From the IMG/VR virus record IMGVR_UViG_3300049781_000033, positions 1 to 31,297 of that record: a DNA stretch of 31,297 nt. One strand, written 5' to 3'. The position numbers were made by a program, and so were the translations under genes. Below, in pieces: positions 1 to 6,956 of this stretch (position 1 is the stretch's first letter; the number at the start of each line of letters is the position of its first letter). The stretch is from a virus (taxonomy: Duplodnaviria > Caudoviricetes). The notes beneath the pieces were generated by a model. That model saw only the letters and a program-made list of their open reading frames with translations, searched no databases and was not told where the DNA came from.

Positions 1-1987
1 GTCCGCACCACCCACCCCCTCCTCCCGTCCCACCGTCACCGAACGTGAGGCCCGACAGGTCGCGGAGGCGGCCCGGGAACAGGACTGGCGCAAGCCCAGC
101 TTCGCCAAGGAGCTGTTCCTCGGCCGCTTCCGCCTCGACCTCCTCCACCCCCACCCGCTCCCGGCGGACGAGGACGTCCAGCGGGGCGAGGAGTTCCTCG
201 CCAAGCTGCGCGACTTCTGCGAGACGAAGATCAACGGCGCGGTGATCGAGCGCGACGCGCGGATCCCCGACGACGTGATCACCGGGCTGAAGGAGCTGGG
301 CGCCTTCGGCATGAAGATCGACACCAAGTACGGCGGCCTCGGCCTGACCCAGGTCTACTACAACAAGGCCCTCGCCCTGGTCGGCTCCGCGAGCCCGGCG
401 ATCGGCGCGCTGCTCTCCGCCCACCAGTCGATCGGCGTGCCGCAGCCGCTGAAGATGTTCGGCACCCAGGAGCAGAAGGACACGTTCCTGCCGCGCTGCG
501 CCCGCACCGACATCTCGGCGTTCCTGCTGACCGAGCCGGACGTCGGCTCCGACCCGGCCCGCCTGGCCACCACCGCCGTCCGGGACGGCGACGACTACGT
601 CCTCGACGGCGTGAAGCTGTGGACCACCAACGGAGTCGTCGCCGACCTCCTGGTGGTCATGGCCCGCGTCCCCGAGCCGGAGAAGGGCGAGGGCGGCAGG
701 GACGGCAAGGACGGCAAGGGAGGCAAGGGTGGGATCACCGCCTTCGTGGTCGAGGCCGCCTCCGAGGGCATCACCGTCGAGAACCGCAACGCCTTCATGG
801 GCCTGCGCGGCCTGGAGAACGGCGTCACCCGCTTCCACCGCGTCCGCGTCCCGGCCGCCCACCGCATCGGTCCCGAGGGCGCCGGGCTGAAGATCGCCCT
901 CACCACCCTCAACACCGGCCGCCTCTCGCTGCCCGCCATGTGCGTCGGCGCCGGCAAGTGGTGTCTGAAGATCGCCCGCGAGTGGTCGGCGGTGCGCGAG
1001 CAGTGGGGCAAGCCGGTCGCGCTGCACGAGGCGGTCGGCGCCAAGATCTCCTTCATCGCGGCGACGACCTTCGCGCTGGAGGCCGTCGTGGACCTCTCCT
1101 CCCAGATGGCCGACGAGGACCGCAACGACATCCGCATCGAGGCCGCCCTCGCCAAGCTCTACGGCTCCGAGATGGCCTGCCTGATGGCCGACGAACTGGT
1201 CCAGATCCGCGGCGGCCGGGGCTTCGAGACCGCGGCCTCCCTCGAAGCCCGCGGCGAGCGCGCGGTCCCCGCCGAGCAGCTCCTGCGGGACCTGCGCATC
1301 AACCGCATCTTCGAGGGCTCCACCGAGATCATGCACCTGCTGATCGCACGCGAGGCCGTTGACGCCCACCTGTCGGTCGCGGGGGACCTGATCGACCCCG
1401 ACAAGACCCTGTCCGACAAGGCGAGGGCGGGCGCGCAGGCCGGCGTCTTCTACGCCAAGTGGCTGCCGAAGCTCGTCGCCGGACCCGGCCAACTGCCGCG
1501 CGCGTACGCCGACTTCCACCCGCCCGGCCACCCCGACCTGTCCGGTCACCTGCGCTACGTCGAACGCACCGCCCGCAAGCTCGCCCGCTCCACCTTCTAC
1601 GCCATGTCCCGCTGGCAGGGCCGGATGGAGACCAAGCAGGGCTTCCTGGGCCGGATCGTCGACATCGGCGCGGAGCTGTTCGCGATGAGCGCCGCCTGCG
1701 TACGCGCCGAGCACCTGCGCAGCAGGGACGACCACGGCCGCGAGGCCTACCAGCTCGCCGACGCCTTCTGCCGCCAGTCCCGCCTGCGCGTCGAGGAACT
1801 CTTCGGCCGCCTGTGGAGCAACACCGACGACCTGGACCGCAAGGTCGTCAAGGGGGTGCTGGGCGGCGCCTACGCGTGGCTGGAGCAGGGCGTCGTCGAC
1901 CCCTCGGGCGACGGCCCCTGGATCGCGGACGCCAATCCACCTGAGACCCCTCGCGCGAGCGTGCGGCGGGTGATCAAGGAGGGGTGA
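1..1987 (+). CDS. Host acyl-CoA dehydrogenase (FadE-like); 5' end at window edge
   Basis: The frame is open from base 2 (SAPPTPSSRPTVTEREARQVAEAARE...); base 1 G is probably the last base of ATG, so the track start at 242 is internal. ACAD motifs: AFLLTEPDVGSD, GVKLWTTNG, R-EQWGKP, QIRGGRG, RIFEGSTEI. Very high GC3 up to ~1933. Confidence 0.95.
   Translation, partial: SAPPTPSSRPTVTEREARQVAEAAREQDWRKPSFAKELFLGRFRLDLLHPHPLPADEDVQRGEEFLAKLRDFCETKINGAVIERDARIPDDVITGLKELGAFGMKIDTKYGGLGLTQVYYNKALALVGSASPAIGALLSAHQSIGVPQPLKMFGTQEQKDTFLPRCARTDISAFLLTEPDVGSDPARLATTAVRDGDDYVLDGVKLWTTNGVVADLLVVMARVPEPEKGEGGRDGKDGKGGKGGITAFVVEAASEGITVENRNAFMGLRGLENGVTRFHRVRVPAAHRIGPEGAGLKIALTTLNTGRLSLPAMCVGAGKWCLKIAREWSAVREQWGKPVALHEAVGAKISFIAATTFALEAVVDLSSQMADEDRNDIRIEAALAKLYGSEMACLMADELVQIRGGRGFETAASLEARGERAVPAEQLLRDLRINRIFEGSTEIMHLLIAREAVDAHLSVAGDLIDPDKTLSDKARAGAQAGVFYAKWLPKLVAGPGQLPRAYADFHPPGHPDLSGHLRYVERTARKLARSTFYAMSRWQGRMETKQGFLGRIVDIGAELFAMSAACVRAEHLRSRDDHGREAYQLADAFCRQSRLRVEELFGRLWSNTDDLDRKVVKGVLGGAYAWLEQGVVDPSGDGPWIADANPPETPRASVRRVIKEG
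695..730 (+). repeat. In-frame 9-bp tandem repeat x4 (GRD/GKD/GKG/GKG) in the acyl-CoA dehydrogenase
   Basis: ggcagggac ggcaaggac ggcaaggga ggcaagggt. Confidence 0.8.
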
Positions 1988-1996
1988 CGTGGACGG

Positions 1997-2200
1997 CTAC
2001 GACTGCTCGATCTCGTCGATGAGGTCGAGTAGGTCGCCGAGGCGGCCGCGAAGGCGCTCGATCATGAGGATGAGTCCGTCGGCTTCCAGCTGTGCGAGGT
2101 CTTCGCTGCGAGCGGAGTCGAGGTCGCGGCGTGCGAAGTCGATACGGGCTCGCTGAAGGTTGGTGAGGGCCCGTGTGGGGGTGGGCTGCTCATCGGTCAT
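1997..2200 (-). CDS. Small helical hypothetical protein (67 aa)
   Basis: ATG start; amphipathic Leu-rich sequence; converges on the host gene stop with a 9-bp gap. Confidence 0.7.
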   Translation of the reverse strand: MTDEQPTPTRALTNLQRARIDFARRDLDSARSEDLAQLEADGLILMIERLRGRLGDLLDLIDEIEQS

Positions 2201-2295
2201 GTGGTGCCACCTGCTGATCTGCCGTGCCGGGGGGTGCGGGGGTTGGGGTCATCCTGGTTTGGACTATTGCGTGATGCAACGAGTAGGAGCGTATG

Positions 2296-2315
2296 TCACT
2301 CGAACGAGTGTTTTA
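2296..2315. promoter_or_regulatory. Palindromic operator-like site TCACTCGAACGAGTGT in an AT-richer divergent intergenic region
   Basis: CACTCG-AA-CGAGTG inverted repeat; overlaps a degenerate TCGAAC-N4-GTTtta. Confidence 0.45.
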
Positions 2316-2434
2316 ATTCGCGTGCGCTCTCGACGGCCCTAACGTCCACCCGGCCACGTCTGCCCGCCCTCGCTCTGAGAAATGCCTCATTTATCGTGCT
2401 GACTTAGGATGATCTTCGTCAGACGGTTTGTCGA

Positions 2435-2668
2435 GTGCGCGCACCCGACGACGATGACTGGCTCTACGAGCACAGCCACGTCCTCGGTGAGCGGATCCGC
2501 TCCGAACGGGAGCGCCGCCGGATAAGCCAAGAGCAGCTGCATCTGCACGCCGGCATCAGCCGCAACGTCCTGCAACTCATCGAATCCGGCCGTCACAACC
2601 CCACGTACTTCACGCTGCTGCGGATCGCCCGGGTCCTCGACGTGCCCCTGGCTGATCTCGTCCGCTGA
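2435..2668 (+). CDS. Small XRE-family HTH regulator (77 aa)
   Basis: LGERIRSERERRRISQEQL...AGISRNVLQLIESGRHNPTYFTLLRIARVLDVPLADL is a classic Cro/C1-type HTH. Confidence 0.92.
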   Translation: MRAPDDDDWLYEHSHVLGERIRSERERRRISQEQLHLHAGISRNVLQLIESGRHNPTYFTLLRIARVLDVPLADLVR

Positions 2669-2793
2669 GCGGCCCGTCCCCGACGGGGGATGCGGGGAGC
2701 GGGCCGCCCGCGAGCCACCGGCGCGCCGTACGCCGATCGCGCCGGTGGCGGTCAAGCCCGCTGGTGCCCCGTTCGCCCTGTGGCACCAGCGGG
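2669..2793. terminator. Three tandem GC-rich hairpins between convergent genes
   Basis: Imperfect stem at 2669-2707; perfect 12-bp stems at 2714-2725/2738-2749 and 2757-2768/2782-2793. Confidence 0.65.
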
Positions 2794-2798
2794 AGTGT

Positions 2799-2957
2799 TC
2801 ACCGCTCGGTCGCGGCCGGGTACGTCTGCCGCGGCGGGGACGCCTTGCACGCGTACGGGTGGACGTATACGTCCGGGGCCGCGCCGGACGGCGAGTCGAT
2901 CGTGATCTTCTGGGCGCCACCCTCGATGAGGCCACCGCACGTGTCGCAGATCCTCAT
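2799..2957 (-). CDS. 52-aa Cys/His (Zn-finger-like) protein MRICDTCGGLIEGG...VHPYAC...
   Basis: ATG at 2957 overlaps the upstream stop (ATGA); GGAGG SD upstream; CxxC...HxxxC. Confidence 0.75.
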   Translation of the reverse strand: MRICDTCGGLIEGGAQKITIDSPSGAAPDVYVHPYACKASPPRQTYPAATER

Positions 2958-3493
2958 GCGCGGACCTCCAGGACGAAACGACGCAGCGGCATCTTCTCCG
3001 GGCAGTAGTCGCCCCGGTTGCACCGACTGCACGTGCGGCAGTGGTGGGCGAAGGACTCGCGGGCCTCGCGGATGGCGCAAGGGCGGCAGGCGACGGGGTG
3101 CACGGTCACGCCGAGGCGGGGAAGGTGCTCCTCGCCGAGGTCGATGCCGGTCTCGGCCGTGACCTCCACGTTGCACCAGGGGCAGGCCCGGCCCTCGCGC
3201 TGGGCGTCGGACATGGTCGGGATCATGCCCGCCATGATGATCATCGACGCGCCAGTGGCCTCCGGGCCGGTGGGGGTCGGGGCCGTCGCGCGGGTCTCCT
3301 GCTCGATGAGCGGCACCAGCTGGTGCTTCTTCCGGCACGGCCCGCAGGCGTAGCGGACGCCGCCCCTCCCGGAGCCCTGCTCGTCGACCTGGATGATGCG
3401 GCAGTCGTCGGCCGCGTCCTGGTGCCAGGCGCACCAGCCGATGACGCGGAGCCTGTCGCCGGGGCCGGTGGTGTTGTCGGCGGTGGTGCTCAT
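2954..3493 (-). CDS. 179-aa multi-Zn-finger-like Cys-rich protein (MSTTADNTT...)
   Basis: ATG at 3493 is coupled (ATGA) to the upstream gene; motifs WCAWH..CGPC, CPWC..CRPC, HHCRTCSRC..C. Confidence 0.75.
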   Translation of the reverse strand: MSTTADNTTGPGDRLRVIGWCAWHQDAADDCRIIQVDEQGSGRGGVRYACGPCRKKHQLVPLIEQETRATAPTPTGPEATGASMIIMAGMIPTMSDAQREGRACPWCNVEVTAETGIDLGEEHLPRLGVTVHPVACRPCAIREARESFAHHCRTCSRCNRGDYCPEKMPLRRFVLEVRA

Positions 3494-3696
3494 GCGGCGG
3501 CTCCCCTCTGTTGCAGCGCGGAGGCGAGGCGCAGCGCGACGTCCGCCCGGACCCGGCCCAGTTCGACTAGGGCGAGCGACGGCGAGGCCGCGTCCACGGC
3601 AAGGGACGGCAGGACGATGCCGGCGCCGTCCAGGGCTGCGCGGAGGGACTCGACGGCCTCGAAGGGGTCGACATCGGTCGACTGCGTGTTGGCCAT
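3490..3696 (-). CDS. 68-aa hypothetical protein, first gene of the divergent operon; probably leaderless
   Basis: ESLRAALDGAGIVLPSL...LVELGRVRADVALRLA resembles small proteins seen next to Streptomyces XRE cassettes; -10-like TAACGT lies 6 nt before the ATG. Confidence 0.8.
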   Translation of the reverse strand: MANTQSTDVDPFEAVESLRAALDGAGIVLPSLAVDAASPSLALVELGRVRADVALRLASALQQRGAAA

Positions 3697-3702
3697 ATCG
3701 GG

Positions 3703-3784
3703 ACGTTAAGAGCGGTCGCCCGGCGGGCACCATCGAGGTTGCGCGGAGTTGCGAGACGACCTCATCTGGTTGCGTGTTGTTGCG
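3703..3784. promoter_or_regulatory. Divergent promoter region with four phased GTTGCG direct repeats
   Basis: GTTGCG at 3738, 3748, 3769, 3779; minus-strand -10-like TAACGT at 3708-3703. Confidence 0.65.
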
Positions 3785-3868
3785 CATCTGGGACCGGTGA
3801 ACTCAAGGCAGGCGGCAGCGGGCTGATAGAGGCTTAGGACATCCACCACCACGGCGAAGGGGAGAGAC

Positions 3869-4624
3869 ATGGCACGCCGACTGCGGTTCAACGGCACCGG
3901 CAGCGGAGTCAACGGCTGCCCATCCATCCACGAGGACCTGGACTCCGGCGACGTCATCGTCCACGGGCCGCCGCTGACCGGCCAGGAGGACATCGCCAAG
4001 CTGCGGCACCTTGGGCCAGGCGAGGTCCCCATCGTTGTCCCCCGTACCCTGCTCATCGACTTTGGGCCCAAGGACACCGGCCGCGAGCCCGACATCATCA
4101 GCCTCGACGAGTTCGACCGGCTGTTCACCGTGTTCGAGCACACGGCCTGGCGGCTGGAGACGCGCCGCCGGTACGCCTCCGACGAGACGACGCCCACCTA
4201 CGCGCAGTTCACCCGCGGCGAGGCCGTCGACTGGTCCGGTGCGGACCTGGAGTGGTGTGCCGAGCGGCGCGAACAGACCGCGCTCGGGAAGAAGTTCGAA
4301 CGCGTCCGTGTCATCGACCAACCGCCCACCACGGGGCAGCTCTACCTCCTGGAGAACGCGCGCCGCAACAGCTCCGTGGGCGAGATCATCCACAGCCTCG
4401 ACCGTGCCACCGCTGAGCGGCTCGGCCTGCCGGAAGAGGACTTCTGGATCTTTGACTCCCGGCTCGTCGCCCTGCTCAACTTCGACGACGCCGACAACCT
4501 GATCAACGTCGAGCTGATCAGGGAACCGGCCGCCGTCCTGCGGTACGCCATGGCCCGCGACGCGGCGATGCACCACGCCGTCTCGTACACCGAGTACGCG
4601 AAGCGGCAGCCAGCAGCACAGTAG
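3869..4624 (+). CDS. DUF6879-like protein with an extra ~70-aa N-terminal domain
   Basis: F-FEHTAWRLETRRRY, ERVRVIDQPPTTGQ-Y and DFWIFDSR motifs; SD AAGGGGAG; upstream of the XRE-DUF5753 gene. Confidence 0.8.
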   Translation: MARRLRFNGTGSGVNGCPSIHEDLDSGDVIVHGPPLTGQEDIAKLRHLGPGEVPIVVPRTLLIDFGPKDTGREPDIISLDEFDRLFTVFEHTAWRLETRRRYASDETTPTYAQFTRGEAVDWSGADLEWCAERREQTALGKKFERVRVIDQPPTTGQLYLLENARRNSSVGEIIHSLDRATAERLGLPEEDFWIFDSRLVALLNFDDADNLINVELIREPAAVLRYAMARDAAMHHAVSYTEYAKRQPAAQ

Positions 4625-4637
4625 ACAAGGGGCACTG

Positions 4638-5492
4638 GTGAGCACGGACTACCAGCAGGCGCGCGAAGCTCTCGGCATACGCCTGCGAGAACTCCGGCTC
4701 TCCGCGCCCGGTGGCCGTCTCACTGGTGCCCAGCTCGCCGAGCAGCACGGCTGGAACAAGTCGAAGGTCTCCCGCCTGGAGAACGGCCGGCAGACCCCCA
4801 CCCCGGACGACCTTCGCCTGTGGGCAGACGGCACCGGGCAGCCGGAAGCGTACGACGAACTCGCGGCCCGGCTGCGGGGTTTCGAGTCGCACATCCGGTC
4901 GTGGCGGCGGCAGCTGGCCTCCGGGCACAAGGCGGTGCAGGACACGCACCTGAGCGCCCACACGGACGCCACCCTGTTCAGGGGCTGGGAGACCTCCATG
5001 GTCTTCGGGATCCTCCAGACCGCGGACTACGCGCGGTCGATCTTCACCCGGTACGCGGAACTCCAGCGCAGCCCCCGCGACACCGAGGCCGCCGTACGGT
5101 CCCGGATCCAGCGGCAGGAGGCTCTCTACGATGCGTCGAAGCGGTTCCACCTCCTCCTGTGGGAGCCCGCGTTGCGTGCGCTCGTGTGCCCGCCCGCGGT
5201 GCTCGCTGCGCAACTCGACCGGCTGGCTGGCGTCGTTGGGCTGGACACCGTGGAGCTGGGGATCGTTCCGCTGTCGGCGTCGGTGAAGATTCCCCCGGCG
5301 ACCGCGTTCTGGGTGTACGACGACCAGCAGGTCATCGTGGAGAACTGGCACGCGGAGCTGTGGATCGACGATCCGGCCAGCGTGGCCACGTACCTGCGGA
5401 CGTGGGAGACGCTGCGGGAGTCGGCGGTGTACGGGGCTGACGCGCAGAACGTGATCGGGCGGGCCCGGCGCGCGCTCAATCCGCGGGCATGA
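4638..5492 (+). CDS. XRE-family regulator with C-terminal DUF5753-like domain
   Basis: N-terminal HTH (LGIRLRELR...SKVSRLENGRQTP); GILQTADYAR, R--RQ--L, EPALR, QLDRL, FWVYDD. GTG start. Confidence 0.9.
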   Translation: MSTDYQQAREALGIRLRELRLSAPGGRLTGAQLAEQHGWNKSKVSRLENGRQTPTPDDLRLWADGTGQPEAYDELAARLRGFESHIRSWRRQLASGHKAVQDTHLSAHTDATLFRGWETSMVFGILQTADYARSIFTRYAELQRSPRDTEAAVRSRIQRQEALYDASKRFHLLLWEPALRALVCPPAVLAAQLDRLAGVVGLDTVELGIVPLSASVKIPPATAFWVYDDQQVIVENWHAELWIDDPASVATYLRTWETLRESAVYGADAQNVIGRARRALNPRA

Positions 5493-5498
5493 CGAAAG

Positions 5499-5530
5499 GG
5501 CCTCCGCCGCCCGCGCGGGCGATGGTGGCC
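5499..5530. terminator. Possible bidirectional terminator hairpin between convergent genes
   Basis: Core palindrome cgcccgcgcgggcg at 5508-5521 with flanking ggcc...ggcc. Confidence 0.4.
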
Positions 5531-5535
5531 AAGCT

Positions 5536-6264
5536 TCACGGGTACTGCCGGCGGGACGGGTCCAGCGCCAGCGCGAGCGGGCTCGTCGGCGCCTGCGAGC
5601 CGCCGTCCTCCGGCGCACCGTCGCGGCGGCACACCAGCGCGTCCGGATCGTCCGGTGGCGGCTGGAGGCTGTAGCCGGACGGGCAGTTCGGCCCGGCTGG
5701 GCCCTGCTCGCCGCGCGGTCCTTGCTCCCCCTGCGGCCCCTGTTCCCCCCGCGGTCCCTGCTCACCTTGTGGGCCTTGCACACCCTGCGGACCTTGCTCA
5801 CCGGCGGCACCATCCGCCCCGGAGGTACCCGGGGCACCGTCTTCGCCTGGTGAACCGTCCTCGCCGGGCGCGCCGTCCGTACCGTCCTCTCCTGCTGCTC
5901 CCGGCTCTCCGTCCTTGCCCGGTTGGCCGTCCTTGCCGGGCCGCCCGGGGTCGCCCTTCGCGCCGGGGATCGGTACCGGCACCTCCGCCCGCGCAGGCAG
6001 ATCGTCCACCGCCACCGACGGATCCGGCGCCGCCGGCGTCTTCCCCTCCGCCTCCACCTGCGCGCGCAGGATCCGCACGTCCCCCGCGAGCGTGGACACA
6101 GCGTCGCCGCGGCGGTCGGCCTCCGACGCCAGCTGGTCGGCTCGGTGGGACTCGGCGTCGATGCGGGCCCAGATGAGGAGGACGGCGCCGGACAGGGCGA
6201 CCAGCCAGCACGCCAGCATGAGCGGCCGCCAGCGGCGTGCGAGTGCGCGCTCTGTCCGGGTCAC
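5536..6264 (-). CDS. Membrane-anchored collagen-like protein, last gene of the lysis cassette
   Basis: N-terminal TM, short coiled coil, 31 uninterrupted Gly-X-Y triplets (5964-5686), C-terminal Cys pair; GTGA overlap with the upstream gene. Confidence 0.88.
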   Translation of the reverse strand: MTRTERALARRWRPLMLACWLVALSGAVLLIWARIDAESHRADQLASEADRRGDAVSTLAGDVRILRAQVEAEGKTPAAPDPSVAVDDLPARAEVPVPIPGAKGDPGRPGKDGQPGKDGEPGAAGEDGTDGAPGEDGSPGEDGAPGTSGADGAAGEQGPQGVQGPQGEQGPRGEQGPQGEQGPRGEQGPAGPNCPSGYSLQPPPDDPDALVCRRDGAPEDGGSQAPTSPLALALDPSRRQYP

Positions 6265-6527
6265 GGGGTTCCTCCGAGGTGGATGATCAGGGCTCGTAGT
6301 CGGGTGATCTCTGCCTGGTCTGCGGCGCGGAGCGCGGACTGCTCAGCGGCCTCTCTGAGCAGTTCCGTGACCTTGCGGTCGAGCCGGTCTCGCTCTTCTT
6401 GCAGGTTGTCTGTGAGGCTGCTGTAGCCCGTGAGGGCGTTCTCGCCCCTCTTTCCGAGGTACGCCACCAGCCCGCCGACAACCGCGCCCACGCCAACAAG
6501 GAGGCTGCCGAGGGTGGTGGCGTCCAC
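6261..6527 (-). CDS. Single-TM coiled-coil membrane protein (holin-associated)
   Basis: N-terminal hydrophobic helix then heptad-like region; SD AGGAG before GTG. Confidence 0.8.
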   Translation of the reverse strand: MDATTLGSLLVGVGAVVGGLVAYLGKRGENALTGYSSLTDNLQEERDRLDRKVTELLREAAEQSALRAADQAEITRLRALIIHLGGTP

Positions 6528-6534
6528 TGGTCTC

Positions 6535-6732
6535 CTACAGGTCGCGCGGCGCGGTGCCGCCGGTCTGACGGTTGGGTACGGCGTAGGTGATGCCCCAGGC
6601 GCCGAGGACGGCGAGGACCATGGTCACGCCCTCGCCGGTGGTCACGACGTTGTCCTGCACGGCGGTGACTGCGGCGGCGGCCCCGGCGGCGATGCCGCCC
6701 ACGATGGCCTTCGCGGTGTTGGAGATCTTCAT
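6535..6732 (-). CDS. Putative holin (65 aa, two hydrophobic segments)
   Basis: KAIVGGIAAGAAAAVTAV and VTMVLAVLGAWGITYAVPN; downstream of the endolysin. Confidence 0.78.
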   Translation of the reverse strand: MKISNTAKAIVGGIAAGAAAAVTAVQDNVVTTGEGVTMVLAVLGAWGITYAVPNRQTGGTAPRDL

Positions 6733-6735
6733 GGG

Positions 6736-6954
6736 TCAGGACTCCTTCGGGGTGTCGGCCCACACGAAGCGCGTCGCGCCCTGGTGGCCGTGTACGAACT
6801 CGGCGTGTTCCAGGGACTCCCAGAACACGATGGACGGGTGCTCGCCGCGCCAGCGGATGGAGACCGTGCCGTCGGGCCACAGCACGCCGTCCGCGACCGT
6901 GCCCGTCCCGGAGACGCCGGTGTCTCGTTCGAGCGTGAAGAGGCGGCTGGCCAC
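6736..6954 (-). CDS. 72-aa soluble phage hypothetical protein (MASRLFTLERDTGVSGTGTVADGVLWPDG...)
   Basis: GTG at 6954 with SD AAGGAAGG; fills the gap between endolysin and holin; 3' end of track ORF 6736..7743. Confidence 0.75.
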   Translation of the reverse strand: MASRLFTLERDTGVSGTGTVADGVLWPDGTVSIRWRGEHPSIVFWESLEHAEFVHGHQGATRFVWADTPKES

Positions 6955-6956
6955 GG

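Noticed and set aside
45-245. 66-aa ORF and a start of the dehydrogenase at 242
   Set aside because: The dehydrogenase frame is open and protein-like from base 2, so both are artefacts of the window edge.
3494-3787. N-terminal extension of the 277-aa track ORF 2954..3787
   Set aside because: It overlaps the 68-aa gene and its promoter; the coupled ATG at 3493 is the better start.
5686-5964. Repetitive DNA resembling a repeat array or CRISPR
   Set aside because: Explained by Gly-X-Y coding; no constant repeat with unique spacers, and no cas genes.
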